NCBI GenBank assembly: GCA_038087875.1
Contig: CM075988.1
Span: 19,842,001-19,906,000, forward strand
Source: Malacoraja senta
Taxonomy: Eukaryota
DNA length: 64,000 nt
Reading direction: 5' to 3'
Part shown: positions 12,950-25,915 of the stretch, in pieces
Numbering within the stretch: the first letter of the stretch is position 1
How the letters are laid out: the number at the start of each line of letters is the position of its first letter
Position numbers and translations under genes: made by a program
Notes under the pieces: model-generated
What the model saw: only the letters and a program-made list of their open reading frames with translations
Databases searched by the model: none
What the model was told of the DNA's origin: nothing

Positions 12950-14155
12950 CAATATATCAACGATTGAATGAGAATGTAAGAGGCATGATTATTAAATTTG
13001 CAGATTACATGAAAGTGGGAGGTATCGTAGATAGGAAAGATGGTTATCAAAAATGACAGTAGGCTCCTGATCAGCTGGACAAGTGAGCTGAACAATGGTT
13101 AATGGAGTTTAATACAGATAAGTGCATGGTGTTACATTTTGGGAAGTCAAACCTGGGCAAGGACTTCACAGTGAAAGCAAGAGCCCTCGGAAGCGTACGT
13201 ACATGGTTCCTTGAAACTGATGAATGTGTAAATAGGGTAGTCAAGAAGTTTGCATTACATTGGCCTTCATCAGTTGGGTATTGAGCATAGGAGTTGGGAT
13301 GTTAAGTTACAGTTGTACAAGACATTGGTGAGGCCACATTTGGAGTATTCAGTTCAGTTCAGATCGGAGATAAGGTGTGGAAACAGGCCCTTCAGGCCAT
13401 TGAGTCCACACTGACCAGCGATCACCCATACAATAGTTCTATCCAACACACTAGGGAAAATTTGCAGACGCAAATTAACCTACATGTCTTTGGAATGTGG
13501 GAGGAAACCTGAGCACCTGCAGAAATCCCACGTGGTCACAGGGAGAATATACAAACTCCGTACAGACAGCACCCGTAGTCAGGATAGAACCCTAGTCTCA
13601 GGCACTGTAAGGCAGCAACTCTATCGCTGTGCCACTGTTTTGCTCCTGCATAATGGTCACCTTACAATAGGAAGGGTTAAGCTGGAAAGTGCAGGGAAGA
13701 TTTATGAGGAGGATGCCAGGTTTGTGGGGATGTGAGTTGTAGAGAGAGTTGGACAGGTTAGGACTTTATTCCTTGGAGTGCAAGAGGATGACGTGTGATC
13801 TTATATAGTGTATAAGATCAAGAGAGGAATAAATTGGGTAGATGCACAGAGTCTTTTACCCAAAATAGGGGAATCAAGAATCAGAGGCCTTGTTTAAGGT
13901 GAGAGAGGAAAGATTTAATAGGAACCCGAGGGACATTTTTTTCATACAGAGGGTGGTTGATGTATGAAATGAGCTGCCAGAGAAGGTAGTTGCGGCAGGT
14001 ACTATAGCAATATTTAAAAGGCAGTCGGACAAGTACATGGATAGAAAAGTTTAGTGATATGGGCCAAAAGCGAGCAGGTGGGGCTCGTGTGGATGGGGCA
14101 TCTTTGTCGGCATGGGCAAATTGAACCGAGGAGCCTGTTTATGTGCTGTATGACG
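12950..14155 (+). mobile_element. Degraded CR1 (RT to 3' end) interrupted by a V-SINE
   Basis: aaatttgcagattac (KFAD); ORF 13102 MEFNTDKCMVLHFGKSN; CR1 3' tail. Confidence 0.85.
13350..13640 (-). mobile_element. tRNA-derived V-SINE (HE1-like)
   Basis: Reverse complement of the 62693-63020 copy. Confidence 0.85.
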
Positions 14156-15959
14156 CCAAAAGAGGGACAGCCAGAGATGTCAAGGAGATGTGAGATTGTT
14201 TTCCTATCTTCCAGATTAACATGTTGAGTACCATGGTATGTCACTTCATCTTCAGTCTGACCAAGGGTGAAATCTTTTTTCTGCAGAATTCATTTTGACA
14301 ATGAATTATTCATTTTCATAATTAAATTTAGATATAATGCGAATGATTTATTGTACATTCAATTCAATTCTCTTTGGTAGTCTATTTATCCCAATGGTAG
14401 AGAGATATTGAAAACTGGTTAAAAATTGTTTCGAGGCTAATGTTCTAACTGCAAAACTAGAGACTGCTATCGTAGTATGGCCATTCTTTGTAATCAAGAT
14501 ACTATCATCTTTCCTATACACCATCTCTATACTCATCACGTTATACAAATTCAACTTTTCCTCGAGACACTTTAAATATAATCATGTCTCTAAAGGGAAC
14601 ACAGGAAAACATTATGCCATTAAACCCTTGAGCAGTCTTTCAATTAAAACTAATATGGACTTCTGATTTGAATCCTCATTGTTTATTATTTATTAACATA
14701 TTAATTTTACATCTATAGCCTTGGGACATATTTGTAAAAAGCCAATGCATAATAAGTCTGAATAGAATTGAAAATGATTTCAATTAAAATCAGTCTTTTC
14801 CTTTATTTATTAATGACACGGTGCAATACAAACAGCCACAATTTATCCAGCTCTGACACTCATTTATAAATACACTGATTGTTTTTTGAAATTAACCCTC
14901 CAGCTGAGCATTTAAACGTGTAAACAGTGCACTGTGCAAATACATTCAGTTCAGTGAGTGACTTTTACAATCACATCTGCTCCCACCTTTTCTTGGACCC
15001 GTTCATCTGCTGTACCAATGAGAGAGATTCTGAAACAACTGAGCTTGTATCAAGCAAACTGTTCTACCCATTTACACCATTCACTCCATGAGCCAGGTGC
15101 AATCTATCCCAATGTTGACCATGTAAAACTCCTAGGAGAGCCCACTATACACTGAGAAAGTTCCACTCAATAACCAATAATTATAAAAATTTCATAATAC
15201 AGTACAACTCCAATTTCATAATTGATGTTATTCAACCTAAGCATATTAATTGTGAAAGTGCAGTTAGAATTATAGATTTGTCTAATTGAATGTGAGGACG
15301 ACCAATTTATAGAGGTTAAGGAACAGCTACGATTCTACTGAATGATAGATCATGCATAAGGGGCTATGTGGCCTTATCTTGGAGAGACCCTATATTCTTC
15401 AATGATTGAGAATACCCTAATTGTTCTTGTATACCTCTGCCAAGCATGCACAGAAGGATATGTATAAATCTGTAGTTCAGCTATAGCTCTTGACATTCCT
15501 GGAGGAACTCAGCAGGTCAGGCAGCATCTGGGGAGGGAACGGACAGGCGATGTTTCGGGTTGGGCCCCTTCGTCAGACTCTTCAGCCAGAAGTAGGATCT
15601 CTGCAGTACTTTGTGTTCTGCTCAAGATTCCAGCATCTGCAGTTTATTGTGTCGACATGCCATCCCTGATGGTCCAATGCCCAGACTATTTAGAGAGTAC
15701 CACCTGATGTTATTTCAATTACCCAGTAATCTGATGATGAGTTTAATGAACAAAACATGGAAATTTATAAATACAAGGAGGTCATATTCACTAACGAACA
15801 GCAATTTCCAATCCGTTACACAACATATCAAAAGATGATGCGAAGAAAGTATAATCTAAAAACAACTTAATTGATGCAAACACTGGAAAACCTTTCCAGG
15901 GATGAATTAGTTTTGAGGAAATCCGAATCAGCTAAATATAAAAAAGATACATGTCTATA

Positions 15960-16222
15960 GTTATCGCCTAGCAAACAGCTAACAATGGTCTATTTCCTTT
16001 ATCATCATTACTTTTTTGCATATCTTTTATTCATTTGTTCTATATCTCTCTACATCACTGTCTATATCTCTAATTTCCCTTTCCCCTGACTAGTCTGACG
16101 AAAGGTTCTCGACCCGAAACATCACCCATTCCTTCTCTTCAGAGATGCTCTGTCCCACTGAGTTATTCCAGCATTTTGTATCTATCTTCAGTTTAAACCA
16201 GCATCTGCAGTTCCTTCCTACA
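15960..16222 (+). mobile_element. Penelope-like 3' terminal repeat with hammerhead motif
   Basis: CTGACGAAAGGTTCTCGACCCGAAACATC at 16095 followed by agagatgctctgtcccactgagttattccagc. Confidence 0.75.
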
Positions 16223-16684
16223 CATGCATGTCTATATTGCCTTTTATTGCCTCCAGACATCCTGAAGTGTTTTTCAGTCAATGAAGAACTCACTGAAGTG
16301 AAGTGATTGTTGTAATGTAGGTCACAGCCTAGGAACTGTTATAGCTGATGTACGCAAGGGTATCTGTGTCACTCATTGACTGATAGCAGATCCTGCACCA
16401 TTGTGCATTGACAGTGAATAACTGAAGGAAGGAGAAAAGGTGGGTATAACATTTATCCAACACATTAAGGTCATTGTCACAACAGAAAGATTAGGGCTAT
16501 ATTCAGAGGTATGAGTCTCAGTTGTGAACCTTAAATTGGGTGGAGCCTTCACATAACTCTTTGAGCCAACAGACTACTTTCCCTGAAAATAGTTTAGCTG
16601 TGATATGTTTTGCCTTTTCTTTAACCCATGCATTCCATAGTTGCACTGTTTATATTGCCAACTTCACTGCTTAGAGTCACCGTC

Positions 16685-17305
16685 ATAGAAACCTAGAGCT
16701 GTACAGCATGGAAATAGGCCCTTCGACCCAAGTTATCCATGCCGACCAAGTAGGCGTATTGGGCTAGTCACATTTGCCTGCATTTGGCCCATAGCCTTCT
16801 AAACCCTTCCTATCCATATATCTGTGTAAATGACTTTTCAAAGTCAAATTGTACCCACATCTGTAGTAGTTTCCTTTGGCAGCTCACTACAGATACAGAC
16901 GGCCCTCTGAGTAGTCCCTGAGGTCCTACTTAAGTCTCCCCTTCCTCACCTTAAGCCTAGACCCTCCAGTATTAGAATTGTCTACCCTGGGGAAAAAGGC
17001 TGAGTGTTCACTTTATCCATGTCCCTCAAAAACCTGTACACCTCAATAAGCTCCAATCTTTCCACCACCACGCACAAGAAGCACAAGAAGCGCAAGATGC
17101 CAAGAAGTGTGTTCAGCTCTGGCTGAACAATTTCTAATCTTGTGATGTGGACTCGATAAGAAGAAGAAGCTCATTGCTCAGCCTCCGACCCTGGTTGAAA
17201 AGGCCCAGCCTATCCAACCTCTCCCTATAACTCAAGCCCGCAAGCCCAGGTGACATCCTGGTGAATCTCTACTGCATCCTTCCCAACTTACTGACATCCT
17301 TGTTA
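16685..17305 (-). mobile_element. CR1 3' fragment
   Basis: catagaaac tail, gggctagtcacatttgcctgcatttggccc, ctggtgaatctctactgc. Confidence 0.75.
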
Positions 17306-18039
17306 CTTTAAGCATTTATAAACTCTTGTATATTCCACACTCTGCAAGACTTAGAACACCAGAAATTATTATGAACAACTTCTTCACAAAGCAATGAGGG
17401 TGGAGAGTGTAATGTCATCCTCCTGATATTTTCTACAGTGAAATCAATACACACACAGATTCAGAAAATTCCTTAAATCTTAGGCAGTCACCAAAATAAG
17501 TCTTTTCAAAAGAAACTGGATCAAAACACCCTACCCTGTCAGGTTTGAGCCTTTAAGTCTGTGTTCATATTAATTCAAGAGATGGTTCCAACTGGCAACT
17601 CTCATCCTCTGCCAAAGAGCTAGACCTCTCTGAGTGAGTAAAATAACAAACTTAAAAATTGCTCATCAGTTCACTCAGTAACTGTGGAGACATAAGCAAA
17701 GTTAGTCTAGGGCCAAAGACTTTTCATCTCAACTGGAAGAAAGGACGAGCAGAGTAAACAAAAGCAAATGGTTGTGATAGGGTGGAATATATTAAATGAC
17801 AAGTCACAGTGGTGGCAGCACAGAATAGTCATGAATAATAATGGTGCATCTGGGGAGGTGTACACAGAAATGAAAGCTGAACTCACAATTACAAAAACAA
17901 AATAAATTATTAACTGAAATAACCAATTATCACAAACTGAAGAACTCGGAGTTGAATCCATAAGACTGTAAAGTGCCAAGATGGAAGACTTGGTGCTGAT
18001 TCTCAAACTTCCACTGAACTTGGTTTGAACATCCCAACA

Positions 18040-18170
18040 TGTTTCAGCACCTCCCATACTGTTGCAATACAGCTGAATGCAAGATCAAGGAATAACACCT
18101 CATTTTCAAACAGGCATACTATGGCCTTCCAGATTTAACACAGAGATCAACGCTTTCAGACAATCAGCTA
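18040..18170 (+). mobile_element. Old Penelope GIY-YIG C-terminal remnant
   Basis: caaggaataacacctcattttc reads KE*HLIF, parallel to LEEQHLI at 37050. Confidence 0.45.
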
Positions 18171-19601
18171 CTCTAACCTTTATCTCACATTTCCAGCATT
18201 TTAGTATCCTCTCTTTGTCCCATTTAGTTATTTCATCCACCTCCTTCTATTTGTAGCTCCCAAACACACTGTTTGTTCTGCATGAGCCTTCAGCACTCTT
18301 TCAGTTAAACAACAATCAGGAAAGATTGAGCAAAACGCAATGTGCTGGAGTAACGCAACGGTCAGGCGGCATCTGCAGAGGGAACGGATAGGCGACGTCT
18401 CAGGTCATGACCTTTCAGACCCCACATGAATCTTTGTTTCTTCATTCCCTCCACAGACGAGGCCTGACCTGCTGAGTTACTCCAGCACTTTATAGTTTCC
18501 ATCATCTGTAGCATCTCATGTCTCCATCAAAAGAGGTGGCCTTTTTACCCTCCTTAATCATGATCTTAATCATGTTACAGGCATCTCCCACTGTTCCCTG
18601 CAACTTCCCTCCTTTCTCTATAACTTTAATTCCATTTGATTTTTAATATTTCCCAGTTACAGACAGAAGAACATCCAGCTGAATCATTAACTCGGTTTCT
18701 CTCTCCACAGACGCTGCCTGACGTATTTGAGCATTTTCTATTTTTATTTCAGATTTCTAGAATCCGCAGTATTCTGCTTTGGATTAAAAGAACAATCCTC
18801 TTTTCAATAACAGCCTCCCACACTTTGCTATAAACCAGTTAATGAGGTATGTTTGTCGACTGGTAATCCCTCCATCTTTCCCCTGTGCTTCTTATTTAAA
18901 TAAAAGACTTATCCTGAATTTTGTGCCACAATACATTTGTTAGGCTTTTAACTCAAATGATAGCAATTGGAACTTCTGAAATGGACATTTTATGACAATG
19001 AAAAGGGTTATAAAATGTTTCAAATTGTAAGCAGCATGATTAATTGCAGATAATGCTGCCAGATTGACTCTACACCCACACAAACTGTAAAAGTTGAATG
19101 AACCTTAAATGGATATGATTAACAATGAGGATAAGACTCCTGAAGTGTATGAGAGGCTCCTGTATAATATAATTTGATGGTTCATTAACAATATTGCCTT
19201 GTTCTGTTAATCATAGCAGATGAAAACTTTACAGAGCTGTGATTCCAAGTGTTTTGCTCCAATTATGGGTTGCCTAACTATATTGGGCACTGATGTATTG
19301 GTAGGATTTAATAATGCGGCACATTTACCGCCACACCATAGAGCCTCAGCACTTGACACTGAAGGTTGATTAGCATGAATATGACTCTAGCAGCTTGATT
19401 GTACTGGGCCTAATCTGATACATCAAATCCAGATCAACAGTTGAGGCGACAAAATAATTATTTCGGAGAAACAAGAGCATTCAGAGTCAAAAATGTGACA
19501 AAGAAAGAAATAAACAAGAGCGGAAACAAAATTAGTCGACCCCCCCCCCCCCCCCCCCCCCACCCACCACCCACCATCAATCTGAAGAAAGATCCTGACC
19601 C

Positions 19602-19718
19602 GAAACATAGAAAAATAGGTGCAGGAGTAGGCCATTCGGCCCTTCGAGCAAGCACCGCCATTCATTGTGATCATGGCTGATCATCTAAAATCAGTACCCC
19701 GTTCCTGCTTTTTCCATA
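19602..19718 (-). mobile_element. Young CR1 3' UTR inserted into a Penelope-like hammerhead
   Basis: aaacatagaaaaataggtgcaggagtaggccattcggccc nearly identical to 44910-45010. Confidence 0.85.
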
Positions 19719-20439
19719 TCCATTTTTTTCCAGAGATGCAACCTGACCCACTGAGTTATTTCAGCATTTTGTGTTTATCTTTGGTATAAACCAGCATCTG
19801 CAGTTCTTTTTTTTTTTAAAGAGTAGGATTTGTCCCCGACACCCATCCCTTCCTTCCATCTTCAAAACAATTCTGAAACATCAGCTATACAAGTCCTCCA
19901 TAAATGCTGCCTGCCCACTGAGTAGCTCCAGCATTTTGTGTCCTACGCAAGATTCCACCATCCACTGTTCCTCATATCTCCAAATCCCGTTTTAGTTTGA
20001 CATTTGTGTGCGTGTGTTCTGGTGTGTGATTACACTTTTATGGAGTCTCTTTAAACCAATGGACCATCTGATATATTTTGTTTTAAGCACTGGAGTTGCC
20101 ACAGCTTGTTTGGCTGAGGTTGAAAGCTCCCTCGCCCTGTGAGCCAGAAGGCTCCAGACACCACAATCAGATAACTCAGGCTCATATCCTGAAGGGGCCC
20201 TGCATTTTCGGAGACACTCGTTGAGACGGGGCCATGATATAACGAGGCAAGTGCACAAAAAAATACTATATATAAATTACTTTTTCTCAAATTCACCTCC
20301 ACTCATTTCAAAACAGCACTGAATGCCACATATTTAGCACTTAGTCGAAGACAAATTGCTACCCATTAAACCTAGACTCTATCATATTCTCCAAGGATTT
20401 AAGCCAACACAAAAATAACCCATAATTGTATAACCTAAG

Positions 20440-20650
20440 GCACTATTTCAAGAAATAGTCAATTCTCTCTCAACTAACATGACGGAATGATTTTCCAGTC
20501 AACTATTTCATTTGTTGTTTCTAGGTCCCTATTGTGTAGAAAGTGACTGTTGCCAATGCCTACCCATCAAGGACTGTCCTTCAGAAATAATCATTGGTAA
20601 ATAAAATGTTTCAGGATGTCCTGGGGATGGAAAAAAAGGGCAATACAGCT
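20440..20650 (+). mobile_element. Deu-domain SINE remnant (SacSINE1/AmnSINE-like); similar pieces near 16240-16360, 34490-34790, 36570-36780, 53220-53430, 63510-63630
   Basis: Shared ctggtcatt...gggatc...tgtgcacaaatt core and an L2-like tail (gatgtcctg...aaagg). Confidence 0.55.
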
Positions 20651-22439
20651 TGGTGTTTCCTTTCTATACTGTGGAGACAAGAGTTCAGACACAACGCCAA
20701 CTCGATTTTTCAATTATTGAGGTTCACTGCACCAATGTGACAAAAAAAAGTATTTCATTGAATGATGGATACAGTGCAGAGAGACCATTTGGTTCAAGGT
20801 ATCAATACCAACTCATTGGTGGAACTACTATATTACTCCCTCTCCACCAATCTTTCTCCACTGCCCTGTACATTTTTCTCCTTCAATTATTTATCTAATT
20901 CTCTTTTGAACATCATAGAACATAGAAAGTACAGCACAGGAACAGGCATTTCATTCCACAATGTCAGTGCTGAAGATTATGCCATATTAAACTAATCTCA
21001 CCTGCCTGTACATGATCCACATTCCATATCCATAAGCCTACTGAAAAGCTTCTTAAATACCCTCCATCCATCTTCAAAACAATCAAATCCAGTCTGACAT
21101 TTGTGTGCCAGGGTGTTGATATTTAATAGAATTTTCTCCCTATTCATCAAGGAACACAAATACTAATATATTCCAAAGACTGCATTGTGACTTTTAGCAA
21201 ATAACGAAGTTCTTTCTGGGCTTTCAGCATCTAATATTTTTGCTCCTGTTAGCTGATCAATATTCTATTCCTCATTAACTTTCAATCACCTCCTCAAAAC
21301 GTGACAAATGGAAAATGTCACTGAACAATGTCACTGGTGTTTTCAAGCAGCCTACCCACTGAAATTTGCCACGAGGTGAATGTGAAACACTATCCCCACA
21401 AGATGACAAATGAATCCAATAGCCACCTAAATGATAGAATAAACCACAGAAAGAGCCCATTTGGCCCTTCAAGATTAGCCTGGCTTTAGAAAGACTATCC
21501 CATGTCAAGCCCTGCAATACTCTTTCTCTACAATACCGCAAGCGTTTAACCTTTCGTTCTTATCTATTGCATTTTTTAATGATTAAAATTGCTTCCGCCA
21601 TCTTTTAAAGCAGTGACTTTTAGATCAAATCTACTCACAGTGAGCCTTATTTGGTTGCTTTCCACATCAACTTAAATCCACATCCTCTGGTTTAAGGTGT
21701 GTAAAATTGTGAGGGGCAGAGATTGTGTACATCCGCCCCATCTTTATTCCAGGTTTGGAATCAAGAATTAAGGGCAACCTTTTCCACACAGAGGACAAAG
21801 GTCGTCACTGGCTCTCTACCTCATTTTATTTTGTGTACTGCCCAAGCTGATCATACTCTACAAGAGTAAATCAGGTCATGCAAAAAAGAAAAGTGCAGAA
21901 TATTCTCCCAGAAAAAAAAATTTAAAAATGCGAAGGCCACAATGAGGTTGATTGGAAGATGAGGAATTCCCAATTCCCGATGGGAACATGGGTCTTGTCC
22001 AACTTTAATCTTGAAATGTAATGGAGCATTTAGAAAGCTTTTCCAACCAGTAGTCACTCATATCTTTGTGTTGATCCTCAAGGAAGTACTGATGTAGAGA
22101 GAGTGGTGCAGACTGAAATGTATCAGGACATCCCAGCAGAAGTAGACACAAAATGCGGGGTCAGGTAGCATCACAGGGGAACATGAATAGGTGATGTTAC
22201 AGGTCAGAACCCCTCTTTTCAGATTGATCCGTCTGCGGATGGAGTTCTGATTAAACCTAATGATCTGAACAAACTTGTTTCCAACATTTTATGTTAAAAT
22301 ATGCTTAAAAATGCAAGTTGTTGTTTTTATTTATCACAATGTACATAAAGGAGGGTGACTAACCTCCAGCCTTGATGTAGGTCCTCAAAAATGGTTCCAA
22401 AATCTAAAATGTATTCAGTAAAATGAATACATCTCAGAT

Positions 22440-22715
22440 GGTTGCACAGTGGCACAGCGGTAGTGTTGCTGCTTTACAGCGCCAGAGACCCGGATTCGAT
22501 CTTGACTATGGGTGCTGTCTGTACAGAGTTTCTCCCCGTGACCACGTGGGTTTCTCCGGGTGCTCCAGTTTCCTCCCACATTAGTAAGACATACAGGTTT
22601 GTAGGTTAATTGGCTTTGGTAAAATTGCAAATTGACCCCAGTGTATTGTATAGTATAGTGCGACTGTGGGCCAAAGGGCCTGTTTCCGCACTGTATCTCT
22701 AAACTAAACTAAACT
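22440..22715 (+). mobile_element. V-SINE
   Basis: A box gtggcacagcggtag, B-box-like gattcgatc, V domain, tail gggccaaagggcctgtttcc, (taaac)n end. Confidence 0.9.
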
Positions 22716-23619
22716 CAGTCTGAAGAAGGGTCACAACCCGAAACGTCTATTCGTCTATTCCTTGTCTCCATAGATGCTGCCTCACCCACTGAGTTTCTCC
22801 AGCATTTTTGTCTACCCTCGATTAACCTCCAGCATCTGCAGTTCTTTCTTAAACTAAACATAGTGCACTTGCCAAAAGCTGTTGTCTCTGAAAGATGCAT
22901 ACAAAGTGGCACAACACATACATCTCTTTGGATGATGTGCACACCCACACTCCCAAGGGAGTTTAAGGGAGCTTTCCCCACAGCCTGTGAATTTAAACAT
23001 GAGAATATCACTTGGGATGGCAACCAGCCAACTGCTACAGGCGAACAACACAATGGCATTTATTTGCACTGAAATGACAACTACATATCTGGCAATACTT
23101 CACACCACAGCAGTGTTATTTGGACCAGGGACTCTTAACACACGAGGATGTGTTCACAGGTTGTTAATTTTAAATCAAAGAAAGATGCGTATCAGTTATG
23201 TGGACTGTACGCTGCAGCAGTAAATTCCATTATGAGTACGTAAAGAGCATTGAAGTATCCGTTATAACCACTTTACCTTTTGTGAGACATAGTTCTTTAT
23301 GGTTTAATGATACAAGGGAGATAACAAGACTTGGGTTCAGTGGCGTCTCTGCACAATATAGGCTTTCATTCCGAGCACTTGCATCAATCATGCTCAGAGG
23401 CAGAAAGAGAAGCAGTGTATCCAATATGGGTTTCCTTTTTAAAGCCAAGTTCAGCTAACTATCAAAATAACAACTCTGACTGGATCTGAATAATTGCACA
23501 GACGTTTGATGCACCGGTCTAAAGGAGGGTCCCACCCGAAGCGTTGGCTGTCCATTCCCTCCACAGATGCTGCCTGGCCTGCTGAGTTTCTCCAGCACTG
23601 AGTTTTGCTCAAGATCCCA

Positions 23620-23973
23620 GGACAGGCTAGATGCAGGAAGATTGTTCCCGATGTTGGGGAAGTCCAGGACAAGGGGTCACAGCTTAAGGATAAGGGGGAA
23701 ATCCTTTAAGACCGAGATGAGGAAAAACTTTTTCACACAGAGAGTGGTGAATCTCTGGAACTCTCTGCCACAGAGGGTAGTTGAGGCCAGTTCATTGGCT
23801 ATATTTAAGAGGGAATTAGATGTGGCCCTTGTGGCTAAAGGGATCAGGGGGTATGGAGAGAAGGCAGGTACGGGATACTGAGTTGGATGATCAGCCATGA
23901 TCGTATTGAATGGCGGTGCAGGCTCGAAGGGCCGAATGGCCTACTCCTGCACCTATTTTCTATGTATCTATGT
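23620..23973 (+). mobile_element. Young CR1 3' fragment
   Basis: DRLDAGRLFPMLGKSRTRGHSL...GYGEKAGTGY* nearly identical to ORF 44996-45610; octamer tail. Confidence 0.95.
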
Positions 23974-25009
23974 ATCTGCAGTTTCTTGTCTCTCCTCCAA
24001 ACCAATCCTTGGAGACGACTTCAAAATGCTGGAGCCATGACAGTTTAAATTGTCACAATGAGGCCACAGGCTTCAAATGGGAAAAAAAAGATGCCAATGG
24101 GAAAACAAAACTCTGTGCCTGCCTTTCCAGGGAGTTGTTGTCTTTCTTTCTACAGCCTGTGGAATACCAAGTCAACAACACTTACTGTTATTGATAATAC
24201 ATAAACCAGTGGGTGAGACTCAGTGGAATTTGAATGAAGTAGTTAACGTATGTGCTCATTTTGAGGCGCTTGTCTAGTGCTACGTAACTCAAATGTACTG
24301 ACCATTAAGAAACTTTGGGCGAGGGACCATTTGCAGCTATAATCATGTTATTTGTAAAATTTCATACTTGAGAATCAAAAATTACAATGTCAGAGAGGAA
24401 GCAAATGGTTAATGGCAGCGGATATAAATCTCTGTTTCAGACCCCTTGTGCCTTGTACATTTACAGAACACTTGGATGCCTCGAACCATGCAGTAATAGA
24501 ACATTTTGGCCAATTTCTGGATTAAGATTTACCAGCAGTCTTTAGGGCAAGTGTCTGGCCCTGCAAAGACACATGCTGCTTGGAACGCTGCTTGCTCCAT
24601 TCCTACGTGAGAGTAGATGCCTGGATTAGAGGGTATTAGATACTAAGATGGCAGAATTGGATTGTTTTCTCTGGAACATTGGAACAAATCAAATATTAGG
24701 GGGCAGAGCTAAGTTGAAATGGGGCAAAGTTTAAAGGAGTTGTGTGGGGCAACGGATGGTGGCGAGTGCCTGGAACATGCTGTCGGGGATGGTGATTGAG
24801 GCAGATACAATTGTGGCATTAGAGATTTTTGGATAGGCAGATGGGTGTGCAGGTAGATAAGAGTTGGTCTGGCATTGCAGAAGACAACGGAATGAACAGC
24901 AAAGCTCTGCAATCAGAGTGAGTGGACAATGATCAGTTTAACTGGCCAGGTACTCTGCCAGTCTCCGCTCCCCTCTATTCCCACACAATTCAACACAGTT
25001 TGTAATCAT

Positions 25010-25915
25010 GTTCGCCGATGTCACAGAATTGTGTCCTGCGATTAGTGTGAAAAAGGCTCACAGTATTCAGAGAGATCTGGGAAAATTAAGCCAGAATGAC
25101 ATGAGCTTTTTTATAGCATATTGCACAGCATTGTAATGTGTAATATATTGTGCAGTGGAAAATAAATCACAAAAAGGATTGCAGTTAGTCATACTTTGAA
25201 ATCCTGCAGTACAAAGAAGTGGAAGATTAGGTGTAATTACTAGCCCTCCACACACCGCCAGTGTGAGGCTGTTATCAATGAGGTTAATTAAAATAAGCGG
25301 CTAATACGCATAAAAAATACTTGCGAAACAGAAATTACAGGAATGGCAGGTAACATGCTGTTCATTTATTCTTCCACATGTTGGTAAGTCCAGATTTGGA
25401 CCACTATACACAGTTTTTGTACCCCCACTACCGAAAGATGTCACTAAACTGGAAGGGTGCAAAAAAGATTTACGAGAACGTTACTGGGGCTGGAAGATTT
25501 GAGTTACAAGGTCCTTTTTTTCCCTGAAACATAGGAGGAAAAAGGATGACCTTATAGAAGTTTATAAAATAATGAGGGGTGGGCATAGATGAAGGTGAAC
25601 AGACATTGTTTTTTTCTCCATGGTAGGGGAATCAAGAACTAGTGGGCATAGGCTTAAGGTGAGAGTGGAAAGATTTAAAAGGGACCCAAGGGATAACCTT
25701 TTTTTCTACAGACTGCAGTGTGTAATGGAGCGAGATGCCAGAGGAAGCAGTAGAGGTGGATCCAATTAGAACATTAGAGGTCACATGTACAGGCGCATGG
25801 ATTGGAAAGGCTTGGAGATGTGGGCCAGGCACAGGCAAGTGGCATTGGCATGGTTAGATCGTTGGTCAGCATGGATGAGATGGGCTGAAGGGCAGTATCT
25901 GTTCTGTATAACTAT
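25010..25915 (+). mobile_element. Degraded CR1 RT and 3' part
   Basis: atgttcgccgatgtcacaga (MFAD..), aaggtgagagtggaaagatttaaaaggga. Confidence 0.7.

Noticed and set aside
20088..20246. Possible + strand exon with GC donor
   Set aside because: Stops in the frames examined and no recognisable product.
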